Source: Candidatus Zhuqueibacterota bacterium
Lineage (GTDB): Bacteria; Zhuqueibacterota; Zhuqueibacteria; Thermofontimicrobiales; Thiofontviventaceae
Direction of reading: 5' to 3'
DNA length: 64,000 nt
NCBI GenBank assembly: GCA_016931935.1
Contig: JAFGDW010000090.1
Span: 199-64,198 of the forward strand
Part shown: in pieces, positions 8,258-18,165 of the stretch
Numbering within the stretch: the stretch's first letter is position 1
Layout of the letters: each line of letters starts with the position of its first letter
Notes under the pieces: model-generated
The model's database searches: none
The model's input: only the letters and a program-made list of their open reading frames with translations
Told to the model about the DNA's origin: nothing
Translations under genes and position numbers: made by a program

Positions 8258-10474
8258 ATGAAAAGAATATTATTTTTTGCAATCTTTTTGCTGTGTGCAA
8301 CAAGCCTTCTTCAAGCTCAAACGCGACCTTTCCCGCAAAATGTCAGCTATCCAAACGGGTACCAAACATCGATAATTTCGACAAATCACTTACAGAATGC
8401 TTACAATCAATGGAAGCGTTCATTTCTTAAAACATATCAAGGGATGTACCGCGTATGCGACGACGATACGACGATCACGATTTCCGAAGGTATGGGATAC
8501 GGCATGTTGCTAACAGCGTATTTTGGCGAGCAAGAAATTTTTGATGGTCTGTTACAATTCTATCAAAGCAAGCGAACAGATAACGCCTACAATCTGATGG
8601 CATGGCGGGTTACGCGCGACGGCATCATCGATCCGGGCAGCGCGACCGACGGCGATCTGGATGTGGCGTTTGCATTAATCGTGGCTCATTGCCAGTGGGG
8701 CGGGAACTATCTCAATGAGGCGAAAACGATATTATCCATCCTGAAAGAACACTATTTTGTAAATTGCCGGGGTATTTGGATCATGAAACCGGGCGGACAT
8801 TTCGGTGGCTGTAATTTGACAGATTTATCATACTACACACCCGGATATTTCAGAGTATTTGCCGATGTGACAGGCGATTCGTTTTGGGAGACTGTTGTAA
8901 CGGATACCTATATCCTGCTGGATAAAACTGCCGACGATGCAACCGGGCTTGTTCCCGACTGGCTGAATTCGGATGGCGCTGCTCAATGCGGGCCAAGTGG
9001 CTGTAATGATTACTACCGCTACGATGCTTGCCGTACACCCTGGCGCATGTCGCTGGATTTTTTGTGGAATGGCAATACCACAGCTCAGGCATGGTGTACC
9101 AAAATCACGAACTTTGCGAATGGTATCGGTGCTGCCAGTATTGTGGATGGTTACAATCTGGATGGCACTACGCGCGGACAATACAACAACAGCGCGTTCG
9201 TCGGTGGTTTTGCCGTCGGTGCGATGTGCAATAGTCAGGCAATCGTCAATAATTTTTCACAACGGCTGGTCACGCTCAATAATGGCGGCTGGGATAATCA
9301 GTATTTCAATCTATCGCTGCGCTGTTTATATATGCTGGCGCTGACAGGTAATTTCTGGAAGCCGGACATCTCTCATGCATATTTGGAGCAACCCCATCCA
9401 GATAATACCGCTGTTCTGTTTGCAAAGGATATCATCTCAAACGGTAATATTCATGGCAGGCTTGTGATCGCTCCCGATGGCAACGAACTGTTATGGAATT
9501 CGGTAAACTTTTCCACAACCACGATAAACATTTACCACGTCGTTTACGCCGACGGCGCCTGGTCATCACCGGAGATTTGTAGTTTCGCTCAGAACGGTTT
9601 AACAGCCAATCCGGTATTTTCATTGGACGGCACGAAACTAAGTTTTGAATTCCGAGCGGATGTAAATTCGAAATGGACGGTCAAGTATATAGAAAAAATA
9701 GATGGTGGTTGGAGTGAGCCGAAGGATGATGAATCCGGCGTAAATGGCTCAGCTTCATTTACCAACACCGGAAAAGTTTACTATTCGGATTATCTGGCAA
9801 ACACCTCCTGGGAGCGGGGCATCTACTGTGCCGATTATGATTCCAATGGACTGTCCAACATTCATGCCCTTGCTGCAGTTATTAATTCTCAATATATCGA
9901 TTACACGCCCTATATCTCTCCCGACGAAGATTTCTTGCTATTCTCTTCCAGCCGTCCATCTTTAAATGAAAATATGTATTTGTACATTAGTTTCAAAAAC
10001 GCAGATGAAACATGGTCGGAACCGGAAAAAATAAATGACACGATCGGTTTTGCGGGCAATGCGCGGTTCCCCTCAATTTCTCCGGATGGCAACTATCTGT
10101 TCTTCTGCGGCGACGACGGGAATATCTATTGGGTGGACATCAAGGCCCTGGATCGCCTATATCTGACGCATATGAAACAAAGCGAAATCCAACCGGATGG
10201 TTTTCAGCTATTTCAGAACTACCCGAATCCATTTAATCCGAGCACAACTATTGCTTATTCGCTTTCGCAGCAATCACTGATTCAAATAACCATCTATAAT
10301 TTAAACGGCCAACTTATTAAGACATTGATCAATCAGCAACAGGCACCCGGTTACTATACGGTCGTGTGGAATGCAACGGATGAGAAAAATAATCCCGTGA
10401 GTTCAGGAATGTATATTTATAAAATTGAAGCCGATGGTTTTACTCTTCAAAAAAAAATGTCACTGGTACGATAG
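8258..10474 (+). CDS. Secreted glycoside hydrolase family 8 (endoglucanase/xylanase/chitosanase family) with PD40/TolB-like beta-propeller region and T9SS C-terminal sorting domain
   Basis: GH8 signature ATDGDLDVAFALIVAHCQW; PD40-like YISPDEDFLLFSS / SISPDGNYLFFCGDDG; CTD FQNYPNPFNPSTTIAYSL...SGMYIYKIEADG. Start placed at ATG 8258 (MKRILFFAIFLLCATSLLQAQT signal peptide) rather than ORF-track 8189. Confidence 0.7.
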   Translation: MKRILFFAIFLLCATSLLQAQTRPFPQNVSYPNGYQTSIISTNHLQNAYNQWKRSFLKTYQGMYRVCDDDTTITISEGMGYGMLLTAYFGEQEIFDGLLQFYQSKRTDNAYNLMAWRVTRDGIIDPGSATDGDLDVAFALIVAHCQWGGNYLNEAKTILSILKEHYFVNCRGIWIMKPGGHFGGCNLTDLSYYTPGYFRVFADVTGDSFWETVVTDTYILLDKTADDATGLVPDWLNSDGAAQCGPSGCNDYYRYDACRTPWRMSLDFLWNGNTTAQAWCTKITNFANGIGAASIVDGYNLDGTTRGQYNNSAFVGGFAVGAMCNSQAIVNNFSQRLVTLNNGGWDNQYFNLSLRCLYMLALTGNFWKPDISHAYLEQPHPDNTAVLFAKDIISNGNIHGRLVIAPDGNELLWNSVNFSTTTINIYHVVYADGAWSSPEICSFAQNGLTANPVFSLDGTKLSFEFRADVNSKWTVKYIEKIDGGWSEPKDDESGVNGSASFTNTGKVYYSDYLANTSWERGIYCADYDSNGLSNIHALAAVINSQYIDYTPYISPDEDFLLFSSSRPSLNENMYLYISFKNADETWSEPEKINDTIGFAGNARFPSISPDGNYLFFCGDDGNIYWVDIKALDRLYLTHMKQSEIQPDGFQLFQNYPNPFNPSTTIAYSLSQQSLIQITIYNLNGQLIKTLINQQQAPGYYTVVWNATDEKNNPVSSGMYIYKIEADGFTLQKKMSLVR

Positions 10475-10604
10475 TATCGATGACAATCTTAATCCGGTAA
10501 AAAAGCCAAAGGAAAACGGAATTATGAAACTGAATTTAATGTAAATAATTGCTGAAGTTCACTTTTCCACGTTTAAACAATTTAACCAATGAAAGGAATA
10601 TTGT

Positions 10605-11399
10605 ATGCACAAATTAACAACACAAATTTCCTTACTTCTAGTCGCCCTGATGATACTCCCGTTGGTGGCACAGGCAGGAGAAAAAAATGCTAAATCAATC
10701 GACTGTGGCAAATTGCTAAAAGGCGTTGCGCATTTCACGGACAACGATGTTCGCTTCAAAACAAAGGATAGCATTGTCATTTTTATCGATCCAATGTCAG
10801 GCCCTGAAAAAGAAATCATAAAACAATGTAATTTCATAACGCCAGATCTAATTTTGATTACGCATGCCCATAGCGATCATTTCCAAATGGAAATTCTTAA
10901 GGCATATTCAAAAATAAACCCTAAAGTTATTATCGCCGGCCCACCAGATATTGTACAAGTGCTTGCTGATTCAGATATAAATAATACCAAATCCCTGGAA
11001 CCTGGCAAAGACTACTCACTTGCAGATGTAAAGTTTGAAACGGTACCCGCCTATTTCTTACGCGGTGATTCGCATCCGAAAGCGAATGGCTGGATGGGAT
11101 ATATTTTAAAAATCAACAATGCTCGCTATTACGTGACCGGCGATACCGAAGCTATCCCGGAGATGGAATCAATAACAGCAGATGTGCTATTCCCGCTGGT
11201 ATATGGCTGCGGTGGCAATGTTGCGAATGTGGTTAAAATGGCGAAAATAATTAAACCTGCGCTTGTGGTGCCGGTGCATACCGGTGGCAATCCGGAAGCG
11301 ATAAAGAAATGTATCGACGCCATGCCCAAAGGTGTCGCCAGCACATATTTTATTGATGGAAAAATGCTAACTGAAAAAATCCAAACAGCATCTGATTGA
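10605..11399 (+). CDS. Secreted MBL-fold metallo-hydrolase
   Basis: 264 aa; signal peptide; ITHAHSDHF (HxHxDH) motif plus downstream His/Asp ligands. Confidence 0.65.
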   Translation: MHKLTTQISLLLVALMILPLVAQAGEKNAKSIDCGKLLKGVAHFTDNDVRFKTKDSIVIFIDPMSGPEKEIIKQCNFITPDLILITHAHSDHFQMEILKAYSKINPKVIIAGPPDIVQVLADSDINNTKSLEPGKDYSLADVKFETVPAYFLRGDSHPKANGWMGYILKINNARYYVTGDTEAIPEMESITADVLFPLVYGCGGNVANVVKMAKIIKPALVVPVHTGGNPEAIKKCIDAMPKGVASTYFIDGKMLTEKIQTASD

Positions 11400-11425
11400 A
11401 CCATAAACTAATAACTTGAAATAAA

Positions 11426-11467
11426 AATCCCACAGAAACCGTTTGCCAATCCGATTCCTGTGGGATT
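11426..11467. terminator. Candidate bidirectional terminator hairpin between convergent genes (10-bp stem AATCCCACAG/CTGTGGGATT, 22-nt loop)
   Basis: Perfect inverted repeat flanked by A-run (5') and T-rich tract (3'), located between + gene ending 11399 and - gene ending 11525. Confidence 0.45.
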
Positions 11468-11524
11468 CACTCTTAATAATTTATTTAATTGGTTTATCGT
11501 CGTGTTACAAATCTGCCAGCAGCT

Positions 11525-12109
11525 TTACATCGATAGTTTCGCTATTTTTAAAAGTTCCGCATTAAATTGTGCTCCCTGATCCTTCGCATTTTGAACATCT
11601 ACAAAAATTTTCGGTGATGATTCCTGTTCATCGACTACCACAGCAACCCCTTTATTAAAATAACTTTTCGTACCAGAGTATGTAAATATTTTTTCCTGTT
11701 TTGCAACATTGATAACCTGCTGCAAATTCTGATCAGAAATTGAAAAGACATACAACGCAGATACGTTCAAGAGTTTAATTTTTTCTTTTAAATTTTCTGA
11801 TGACGAAACGGGTATGAATGAATACTGAATCGATTTTCCCTTTACTGTCCGGTTGTTGGAAATATAATCATAAAAAATATCATCCAGTTGCTGAATTTTT
11901 TTCTCAATATTTGGGACTTGTTCCGAATATAAAATCCCAATTCGAATTTCACGACTGTTGCTTTCAATGGATTTATTATATCCCATAATTTTGATTAGCA
12001 TATCTGCTTGTTTCTCAATTGGCAATTCGACTGCAGAACTGAATGATGCACTTCCCAACGCGATAATGCCGACACTTAATGCTATCATTTTGCTAAAAAA
12101 TCGTTTCAT
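11525..12109 (-). CDS. Periplasmic hypothetical protein, possibly DUF4154/YfiR-like
   Basis: 194 aa with signal peptide; DMLIKIMGYNKSI...IRIGILY and C-terminal ...AELLKIAKL resemble YfiR-family periplasmic proteins; weak call. Confidence 0.35.
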   Translation of the reverse strand: MKRFFSKMIALSVGIIALGSASFSSAVELPIEKQADMLIKIMGYNKSIESNSREIRIGILYSEQVPNIEKKIQQLDDIFYDYISNNRTVKGKSIQYSFIPVSSSENLKEKIKLLNVSALYVFSISDQNLQQVINVAKQEKIFTYSGTKSYFNKGVAVVVDEQESSPKIFVDVQNAKDQGAQFNAELLKIAKLSM

Positions 12110-12868
12110 AATTCACATCCCTTTTATTAAGCATTTCTGTATTGTATTATTATCACCGTTTCATGCAAAGTATATACCAAAAACTGCCGAAAAATACTAA
12201 CAGATAAAACCATTAGGTATTATTAAAGTTAGCCGGCCTAAGCAAATACACTGCTATTTCAGAAATTTAGAATTTTGATCTTTGCAGCCTATGATTTGAT
12301 GATAATAATCAGATGGCTGATTTCAGCCTGTCACAAATAGTATTATTGTTGTATAAATTTAAATGCGACCAAGCGAATTTGTAAATCATGCACTTTTTTA
12401 TGCAATCGAACGTACTAGTACTAAGCAGCGACAACTTGAAACATATTAATTTCACTTCGTGGACGACCATTAACGTTGCCTGTAAACACTAAATGTGAAG
12501 CTATGAAGATAGGAGAAAATCGACATCGCTGGTTTACTAACTTGCTCAAGGAGAAACAGGTTCATCAGAATATCGACTGTTGGACATGCTTTAAGGATAA
12601 GATGTTGTAGGGAAATTCTTTGCCCGGATAGCTGAAACCAATTTTACAAGCAAGTAATTGGACGTTTAAAGTTATCGCGGAATAATAAACACTATCATGA
12701 AAGCCACAACATAAGCTTACTTGATCCATCCACGGTGTGGGAAACTCCTTAACGTGGATTAGCGTTAGACAATTACTATCTAGTTGAGAAATTACCTAGC
12801 GATTGTCCCGCTGAATTGCACATATTCAAGCGATTAAATGCAATTATTATTTTTAAAGGGAATAATCT

Positions 12869-13477
12869 ATGATCATTAAACATCTCGACAAGATTCCACA
12901 AGTTCATAAAACGGCATACGTGGCACAGTCGGCAACCATATGTGGTGATGTAACCATCGGCAAAAACTCGCGCATCATGCACAACAGCTCAATCGTGGCG
13001 GAAGGTAGCTCTATTGAAATCGGTGATAATTGCATTGTGCTTGAAAATGCGGTCATTCGTAGTACTGCGAAATATTCGACAAGTATATGCAATAACGTAC
13101 TTATTGGCCCGAATGCCCATCTTGTTGGCTGTTCGCTTGAGGAATGTGTATTTATCGCAACCGGCGCAGCAATTTTTCACGGTGCACGGATCGGGTATAA
13201 TTCCGAAGTGCGGATAAACGGCATCGTTCATCTAAAAACATTATTACCGCCCAATTCTATGGTACCGATTAACTGGATTGCGGTTGGCAATCCGGCCCAA
13301 TTGTTTTCACCGGACCAACATGAGCAGTTGTGGGAGATTCAAAAGGAACTAAATTTTCCGCTCTCAGTGTACGGTGTTGATCGACCTGCCACAGGGGAAT
13401 CGAATATGCAGGAGATCACCGAGTACTATAGCAAAATGCTCAGTAGCCATAAAGATGACGAATTTTTGGGTGTATAA
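12869..13477 (+). CDS. Gamma-class carbonic anhydrase / hexapeptide-repeat (LbH) family protein
   Basis: 202 aa; tandem hexapeptide repeats (AYVAQSATICGDVTIGKNSRIMHNSSIVAEGSSIEIGDNCIVLENAVI) with conserved His positions typical of the PaaY/CaiE/gamma-CA family. Confidence 0.65.
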   Translation: MIIKHLDKIPQVHKTAYVAQSATICGDVTIGKNSRIMHNSSIVAEGSSIEIGDNCIVLENAVIRSTAKYSTSICNNVLIGPNAHLVGCSLEECVFIATGAAIFHGARIGYNSEVRINGIVHLKTLLPPNSMVPINWIAVGNPAQLFSPDQHEQLWEIQKELNFPLSVYGVDRPATGESNMQEITEYYSKMLSSHKDDEFLGV

Positions 13478-13584
13478 AGAGGTATCAACTTTCAGATCGT
13501 CACCTGCTGCTAAAAGAATAGTCGTAACGAAGTGGTTTTGAAATTCATGTATTAGAACAGCCTATTTATCAGACCAGGGACCAA

Positions 13585-14304
13585 TTGCCCAATCAATGGA
13601 AGGGAAATATGACATCGATGCTTCAGAGACAAAAGATCCGGGATACTGCGTTTAATAACGGTGTAGATTTATTTGGTATTGCCTCGATTGATCGATTTGT
13701 TCACGCTCCGGCAGGCTTTCATCCGCGGGATATTTATTCCAAAACAGCATCGGTGATTGTATTTGCCATTAGGTTACCGACAGAATCAATGTTCGCAGAA
13801 AGTCCGGTACCTTATACTCATGTTAACTCGCTGGTGACCCAAAAGATGGATATGATTTCCTTTGATATTTCAAGCACGCTGGATAGGGCAGGCATTAAAA
13901 ATGTGCTGATTCCTTCGGATGATCCTTACGAATATTGGGATGCCGGGAATCAACATGGTCAGGCAATTCTATCGATGCGCCATGCCGCAGAGCTCGCTGG
14001 CCTGGGGAAATTGGGACGTAACAATTTGCTTATCAATAAAATTTATGGAAATATGATCCAGATTGGGGCGCTACTAACTAATGTCAAGCTTGAGCCTGAT
14101 CCACTTGCAGATTATGAGGTATGTCCCCCGAAATGCAGAATTTGTCTTAATAGTTGCCCACAGCAGGCTTTAACTGGCGATACAGTCATCCAATCAAAAT
14201 GTCGGCCAATTTCGAACGCAAAAAATGAGAAAGGTTATATCATTAAGAAGTGTTTTGAATGTCGAAAAAAATGTCCTCACGCATTAGGAATACGCAGAAA
14301 GTAA
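13585..14304 (+). CDS. 4Fe-4S cluster-containing protein (QueG/reductive-dehalogenase-like ferredoxin domain)
   Basis: 239 aa; CPPKCRICLNSCP and C...CFECRKKCP cysteine clusters; family assignment uncertain. Confidence 0.4.
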   Translation: MPNQWKGNMTSMLQRQKIRDTAFNNGVDLFGIASIDRFVHAPAGFHPRDIYSKTASVIVFAIRLPTESMFAESPVPYTHVNSLVTQKMDMISFDISSTLDRAGIKNVLIPSDDPYEYWDAGNQHGQAILSMRHAAELAGLGKLGRNNLLINKIYGNMIQIGALLTNVKLEPDPLADYEVCPPKCRICLNSCPQQALTGDTVIQSKCRPISNAKNEKGYIIKKCFECRKKCPHALGIRRK

Positions 14305-14493
14305 AATCCGCATAATTTTGACCACCATCCTACGGGAATCAAAATCCATTCGACAATTTGACCCATGCAACGGGACATATAACACTTTTTTTTATAATCA
14401 GATTATCGCTTATTTAATTTTAATGATTATGTACATATCACAACCCTTGAAACATTTTCTCCATTCTAAATAAATAGCGAAATGGAAACGAAA

Positions 14494-14522
14494 CTGTAGG
14501 CCATCTTTGAGATGGACTACAG
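14494..14522. terminator. Strong hairpin (13-bp stem with 1 mismatch, 3-nt loop: CTGTAGGCCATCT-ttg-AGATGGACTACAG) between convergent genes
   Basis: Inverted repeat read directly; lies between + gene ending 14304 and - gene ending 14575. Confidence 0.5.
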
Positions 14523-14574
14523 CTAATTCTGAAAACACCCACTCTAATAATCAATAGCTGAATAAAGTACGCAA

Positions 14575-17500
14575 TCATTTTTTTAAAGATTTCTGATGCT
14601 GTTGCGAAACGAATGCTTTCGCTTGAGCAGTATTTGATTTTGCGCCTGTTAACGAATTTAGTGTCTTCTTAAACGCAACTGCGAGGCTGCGCATATGTTC
14701 AGCGTTTCCGGCCATTTCGTTAACTGCGGCTGCCGTTTGTTCGGCAGCGGATGCATTTTGTTGAATAATCATATTGACCTGATCGATCGCGATATTTAAA
14801 TGAGCAATTCCATCATTTTGTTCAGCCGAACCATTGGCAACGGTAGATAACATATCATTGATTCTATCCATATGCGATTGAATATCTTGCAAGCTATGGA
14901 TAACTTCCCGGTTCATTTCCACACTTTGATCAGCATCCTGTTTGGTTTCAGCTATGTGAACGGCTGTACTTTTGGCTGCTTCAGCGCTTCTCATTGCCAA
15001 ACTACGAACTTCATCGGCAACCACGCTAAATCCTTTGCCAGCTTCACCTGCTCGTGCGGCTTCGATGGCGGCATTCAACGCAAGCAGATTTGTTTGGAAG
15101 GCAATATCATCGATTGTCTTGATCACCTTTGTTGATTGATCTGCAGATGTCTGAATTTTCAATACAGCCGTTGATAATTTTTCGACACGTTCCAACGCCT
15201 GATGGGCGCGCTCGCGAGTCGACTCTGTCAGGTTCTGGACATCTTTGGAGCTTTTCATATTGGTTTGAGCAGTCGATGAAATGACTTGCAGACTACTGGA
15301 TATTTCTTCAATCGATGACGCCTGGTTGCTGGCGCCATTCGCAATTTGATCACTGGAAGTGGAAATCTGATGTGACCCATTCGCAACGGATTCTGCAAGC
15401 TCGGTCAAATTATGAACCCCCTTTGTCAATTGAACTACCGAAGCGTTCATTTTCGCATAAAGGTCACGAAATCTAGCTTCATTTTCCCGTGCATTTTTCT
15501 CCGCCTGTTCCACCTCAAGCAAATGCTGATTCATTTTTTCATTTGCATGTTCAAGTTCCGCGGCCTGTTTTCCAATCTCTTGAGTCCGCTCGTGAACCTG
15601 TCGTTCAAGTTCCCGTTTATTTGACTCGACACTTTTCATACGCTGTCTATAAATGAAGTAAACATTAGAAATAACGATTGTTATCATAAGAATTCTAAAC
15701 CATGCCGTTTTCCAGAATGGAGGGGCAATACTTATTTTAATTTCTGTACCGGCTTCATTCCAAATACCGTCGTTATTCGAAGCCTTGACACGAAACGTGT
15801 AATTCCCCGGATTTAGATTCGTGTAGGATGCAATTCGTTGTGTACCAACATAATTCCAGTTTTTTTCAAAACCGTCAAGCATGAATGCATATTGATTTTT
15901 TTCGGGAACTACATAATTAAGGGCGGCAAATTCAAAACTAAATACCGTGTGTTTGTACGAGAGTGTCAAATGAGATGTAAGGTTGATATCTTGCTGCAAA
16001 GGAGAATCTTCCGCACCAACTTCCACATCTTTATTGAATAATTGAAATTTTGTAAATACAATCGGTGGTTTAAATGAATTGATCTTAAGTTCTTCCGGCT
16101 TAAATTGGTTAAAACCGTTTGTACCGCCAAAATATAAAGTACCATCACTGCCTTTGCAAAATGAGCGCCGGTTAAACTCATTGCCCTGCAGGCCATCACC
16201 AATGTCATAATTCTTAAAAACGGGATTTTCGGGAAGGGATGTACCATTTTCAAACATTGAAAGGCCTTTGTTTGTACTTATCCAAAGATTTCCGCGATTG
16301 TCTTCCACCACGCCTTTGATCTGATTATTAGGCAGCCCCTGTTCTTCTGAATAGCAGGCAAATTTTTTCGTTTCTCGGTCGAACACGTTCAAGCCGTTTC
16401 CCGTACCGATCCAGAAATTACGTTTGCTGTCTTCATAGAAAACAATGGCCCCATTATAACTGATGCTATTTGCATCACTGGTATCTCTTACGAAATGCGT
16501 AAATTCATTCCTGTCTTTATCGAACATATCCACTGCTGAACTTGTAGAGATCCACAGCTCACCGTAGGACGTTTCATACAAAGCTCGCACCCAGTCATTG
16601 GAAATCGACTTTGGATTGTCCGGATCATTAAGATACTTTTTAAATGTTCCGGATTCATAATCGTACAGATTCAATCCCTGCCCCATGCATCCGACCCACA
16701 AATCACCATCCCGATCTTCAAGAATGGCAAACACATTATTACAACCGATGCTGCGATCGTCGTTATCATCATGCAGAAACCGTGTAAATGTTTTATCTTC
16801 CGGATTGTACAAATTAAGCCCCCCGGCCCAGGTGCCGATCCAGATATTACCGCGACTGTCTTTGTGAAGCGCCCAAATAGCATTAGAGCCAATACTTCGA
16901 GAATTTTTGGGATCATGCGTGAAATGGGTATACGATTTGTTTGATTTATTATAAAGGTTTATTCCGCCTTCAGTCCCAATCCAAAGATCATCCCCGTCTT
17001 CAAGAAAGACATTCACGAAATTATTATTCAGACTGTTCGGATTGCCAGCTTCCTGCTTGAAATGCAGAAATTTTTCGGATAGTCGATTGTAAAAGTTTAT
17101 ACCATCACCAAATGTGCCAACCCATATGCCACCATTCGTATCCTCCCATAACGACTGCACCGAATTATTGGAAAGACTTTGACTATCAAACGGATTAAAC
17201 CGATTATGATAAAAAGTGCAATTATCTTCGCGAAAAGTGTTCAGGTCCAGCATATCCAAACCGCCATTTTCCGCACCTATCCATAGCCAACCATGTCGAT
17301 CTTCCAACAGCGCCAAAATCGCCCCTTCGGTTATTGTTTGTTCGTCCCCATTTTTGTGCACGTATTGCCTGATGGTAACCTGTTCAGGATTTGCAGGTGG
17401 ATAACTTAACAAAATCAAGCCGGCACTATTTGTACCGACCCATAATCGTTTTTTACTGTCTTCAAACAGACTCCGTATTTGACCATCACCAAATCGAGGA

Positions 17501-18141
17501 TCTTTCGTATCGATATTAACAAACTTAAACTTATTATTTACATTCCGAATAAAACACAATCCATCCTGACTGCCAATCCAAATTGTGCCCTTGCTATCTT
17601 TTAAAATTGTATTAATATTATTCGTTAGAATACTGTGTTGATCATTGGCATCATGGGCAAAACGTTGAGAAGCATCGGTTGCCGGATCGAATAAATACAA
17701 TCCATGATAACGGCTCGTAATAAAAAGCTTTCCATCTTCCGTTTCTAAAAAGTGAGTAAGCTGACCTTCCGGCCAACTTTTTTTATGGATGAACTCATCC
17801 CGCTGTCGATCATAAAAATTCAAACCATTTTCAGTGCCAATCCACAAATTGCCATTTTTGTCTTCGTAGATGGATTCTATGGCATTATCGCTTAACGTTT
17901 TCGGATTTTTGGGATTGTGTTTATAGACTTTCAGTGTGTAGCCGTCGTACCTGTTCAATCCATCGAACGTCCCAAACCACATAAATCCGTATTTATCCTG
18001 ACATACTGACCGTATCCAGCTTTGGGACAATCCATCCTGAACCGTGATGTGCCTGAATTTTACCTGAAATGGTTGTGCATAACCGGTTTCAAAACACATA
18101 AAAACAAGTATCGCAGCTAAAATTTTTTTCATCGTCTCCAC
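14575..18141 (-). CDS. Methyl-accepting chemotaxis protein with periplasmic double beta-propeller (Reg_prop repeats) + Y_Y_Y sensor domain, single TM, coiled coil and C-terminal MCP signalling domain
   Basis: 1188 aa; N-terminal 800 aa are a close paralogue (about 60% identity by eye) of the sensor domain of the HK at 51622-56187; TM after [10 protein letters not shown]; C-terminus contains canonical MCP core [41 protein letters not shown]; no HisKA/HATPase/REC. Confidence 0.8.
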   Translation of the reverse strand: METMKKILAAILVFMCFETGYAQPFQVKFRHITVQDGLSQSWIRSVCQDKYGFMWFGTFDGLNRYDGYTLKVYKHNPKNPKTLSDNAIESIYEDKNGNLWIGTENGLNFYDRQRDEFIHKKSWPEGQLTHFLETEDGKLFITSRYHGLYLFDPATDASQRFAHDANDQHSILTNNINTILKDSKGTIWIGSQDGLCFIRNVNNKFKFVNIDTKDPRFGDGQIRSLFEDSKKRLWVGTNSAGLILLSYPPANPEQVTIRQYVHKNGDEQTITEGAILALLEDRHGWLWIGAENGGLDMLDLNTFREDNCTFYHNRFNPFDSQSLSNNSVQSLWEDTNGGIWVGTFGDGINFYNRLSEKFLHFKQEAGNPNSLNNNFVNVFLEDGDDLWIGTEGGINLYNKSNKSYTHFTHDPKNSRSIGSNAIWALHKDSRGNIWIGTWAGGLNLYNPEDKTFTRFLHDDNDDRSIGCNNVFAILEDRDGDLWVGCMGQGLNLYDYESGTFKKYLNDPDNPKSISNDWVRALYETSYGELWISTSSAVDMFDKDRNEFTHFVRDTSDANSISYNGAIVFYEDSKRNFWIGTGNGLNVFDRETKKFACYSEEQGLPNNQIKGVVEDNRGNLWISTNKGLSMFENGTSLPENPVFKNYDIGDGLQGNEFNRRSFCKGSDGTLYFGGTNGFNQFKPEELKINSFKPPIVFTKFQLFNKDVEVGAEDSPLQQDINLTSHLTLSYKHTVFSFEFAALNYVVPEKNQYAFMLDGFEKNWNYVGTQRIASYTNLNPGNYTFRVKASNNDGIWNEAGTEIKISIAPPFWKTAWFRILMITIVISNVYFIYRQRMKSVESNKRELERQVHERTQEIGKQAAELEHANEKMNQHLLEVEQAEKNARENEARFRDLYAKMNASVVQLTKGVHNLTELAESVANGSHQISTSSDQIANGASNQASSIEEISSSLQVISSTAQTNMKSSKDVQNLTESTRERAHQALERVEKLSTAVLKIQTSADQSTKVIKTIDDIAFQTNLLALNAAIEAARAGEAGKGFSVVADEVRSLAMRSAEAAKSTAVHIAETKQDADQSVEMNREVIHSLQDIQSHMDRINDMLSTVANGSAEQNDGIAHLNIAIDQVNMIIQQNASAAEQTAAAVNEMAGNAEHMRSLAVAFKKTLNSLTGAKSNTAQAKAFVSQQHQKSLKK

Positions 18142-18165
18142 CCATAATACTATATAAAATTCAAT

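Noticed and set aside
652-11399. Beta-lactam resistance locus (BlaI/BlaR1 plus two MBL-fold proteins)
   Set aside because: The BlaR1-like protein lacks the penicillin-binding sensor domain, and the MBL motifs are generic superfamily motifs (HxHxDH) that do not distinguish beta-lactamases from other hydrolases. Kept only as a weak note in the findings.
12201-12868. Possible tRNA or other RNA gene in the 670-bp non-coding stretch
   Set aside because: No T-arm (GTTCRANYC) or acceptor-stem pattern found by eye. Cannot support an RNA gene call without cmscan/tRNAscan.
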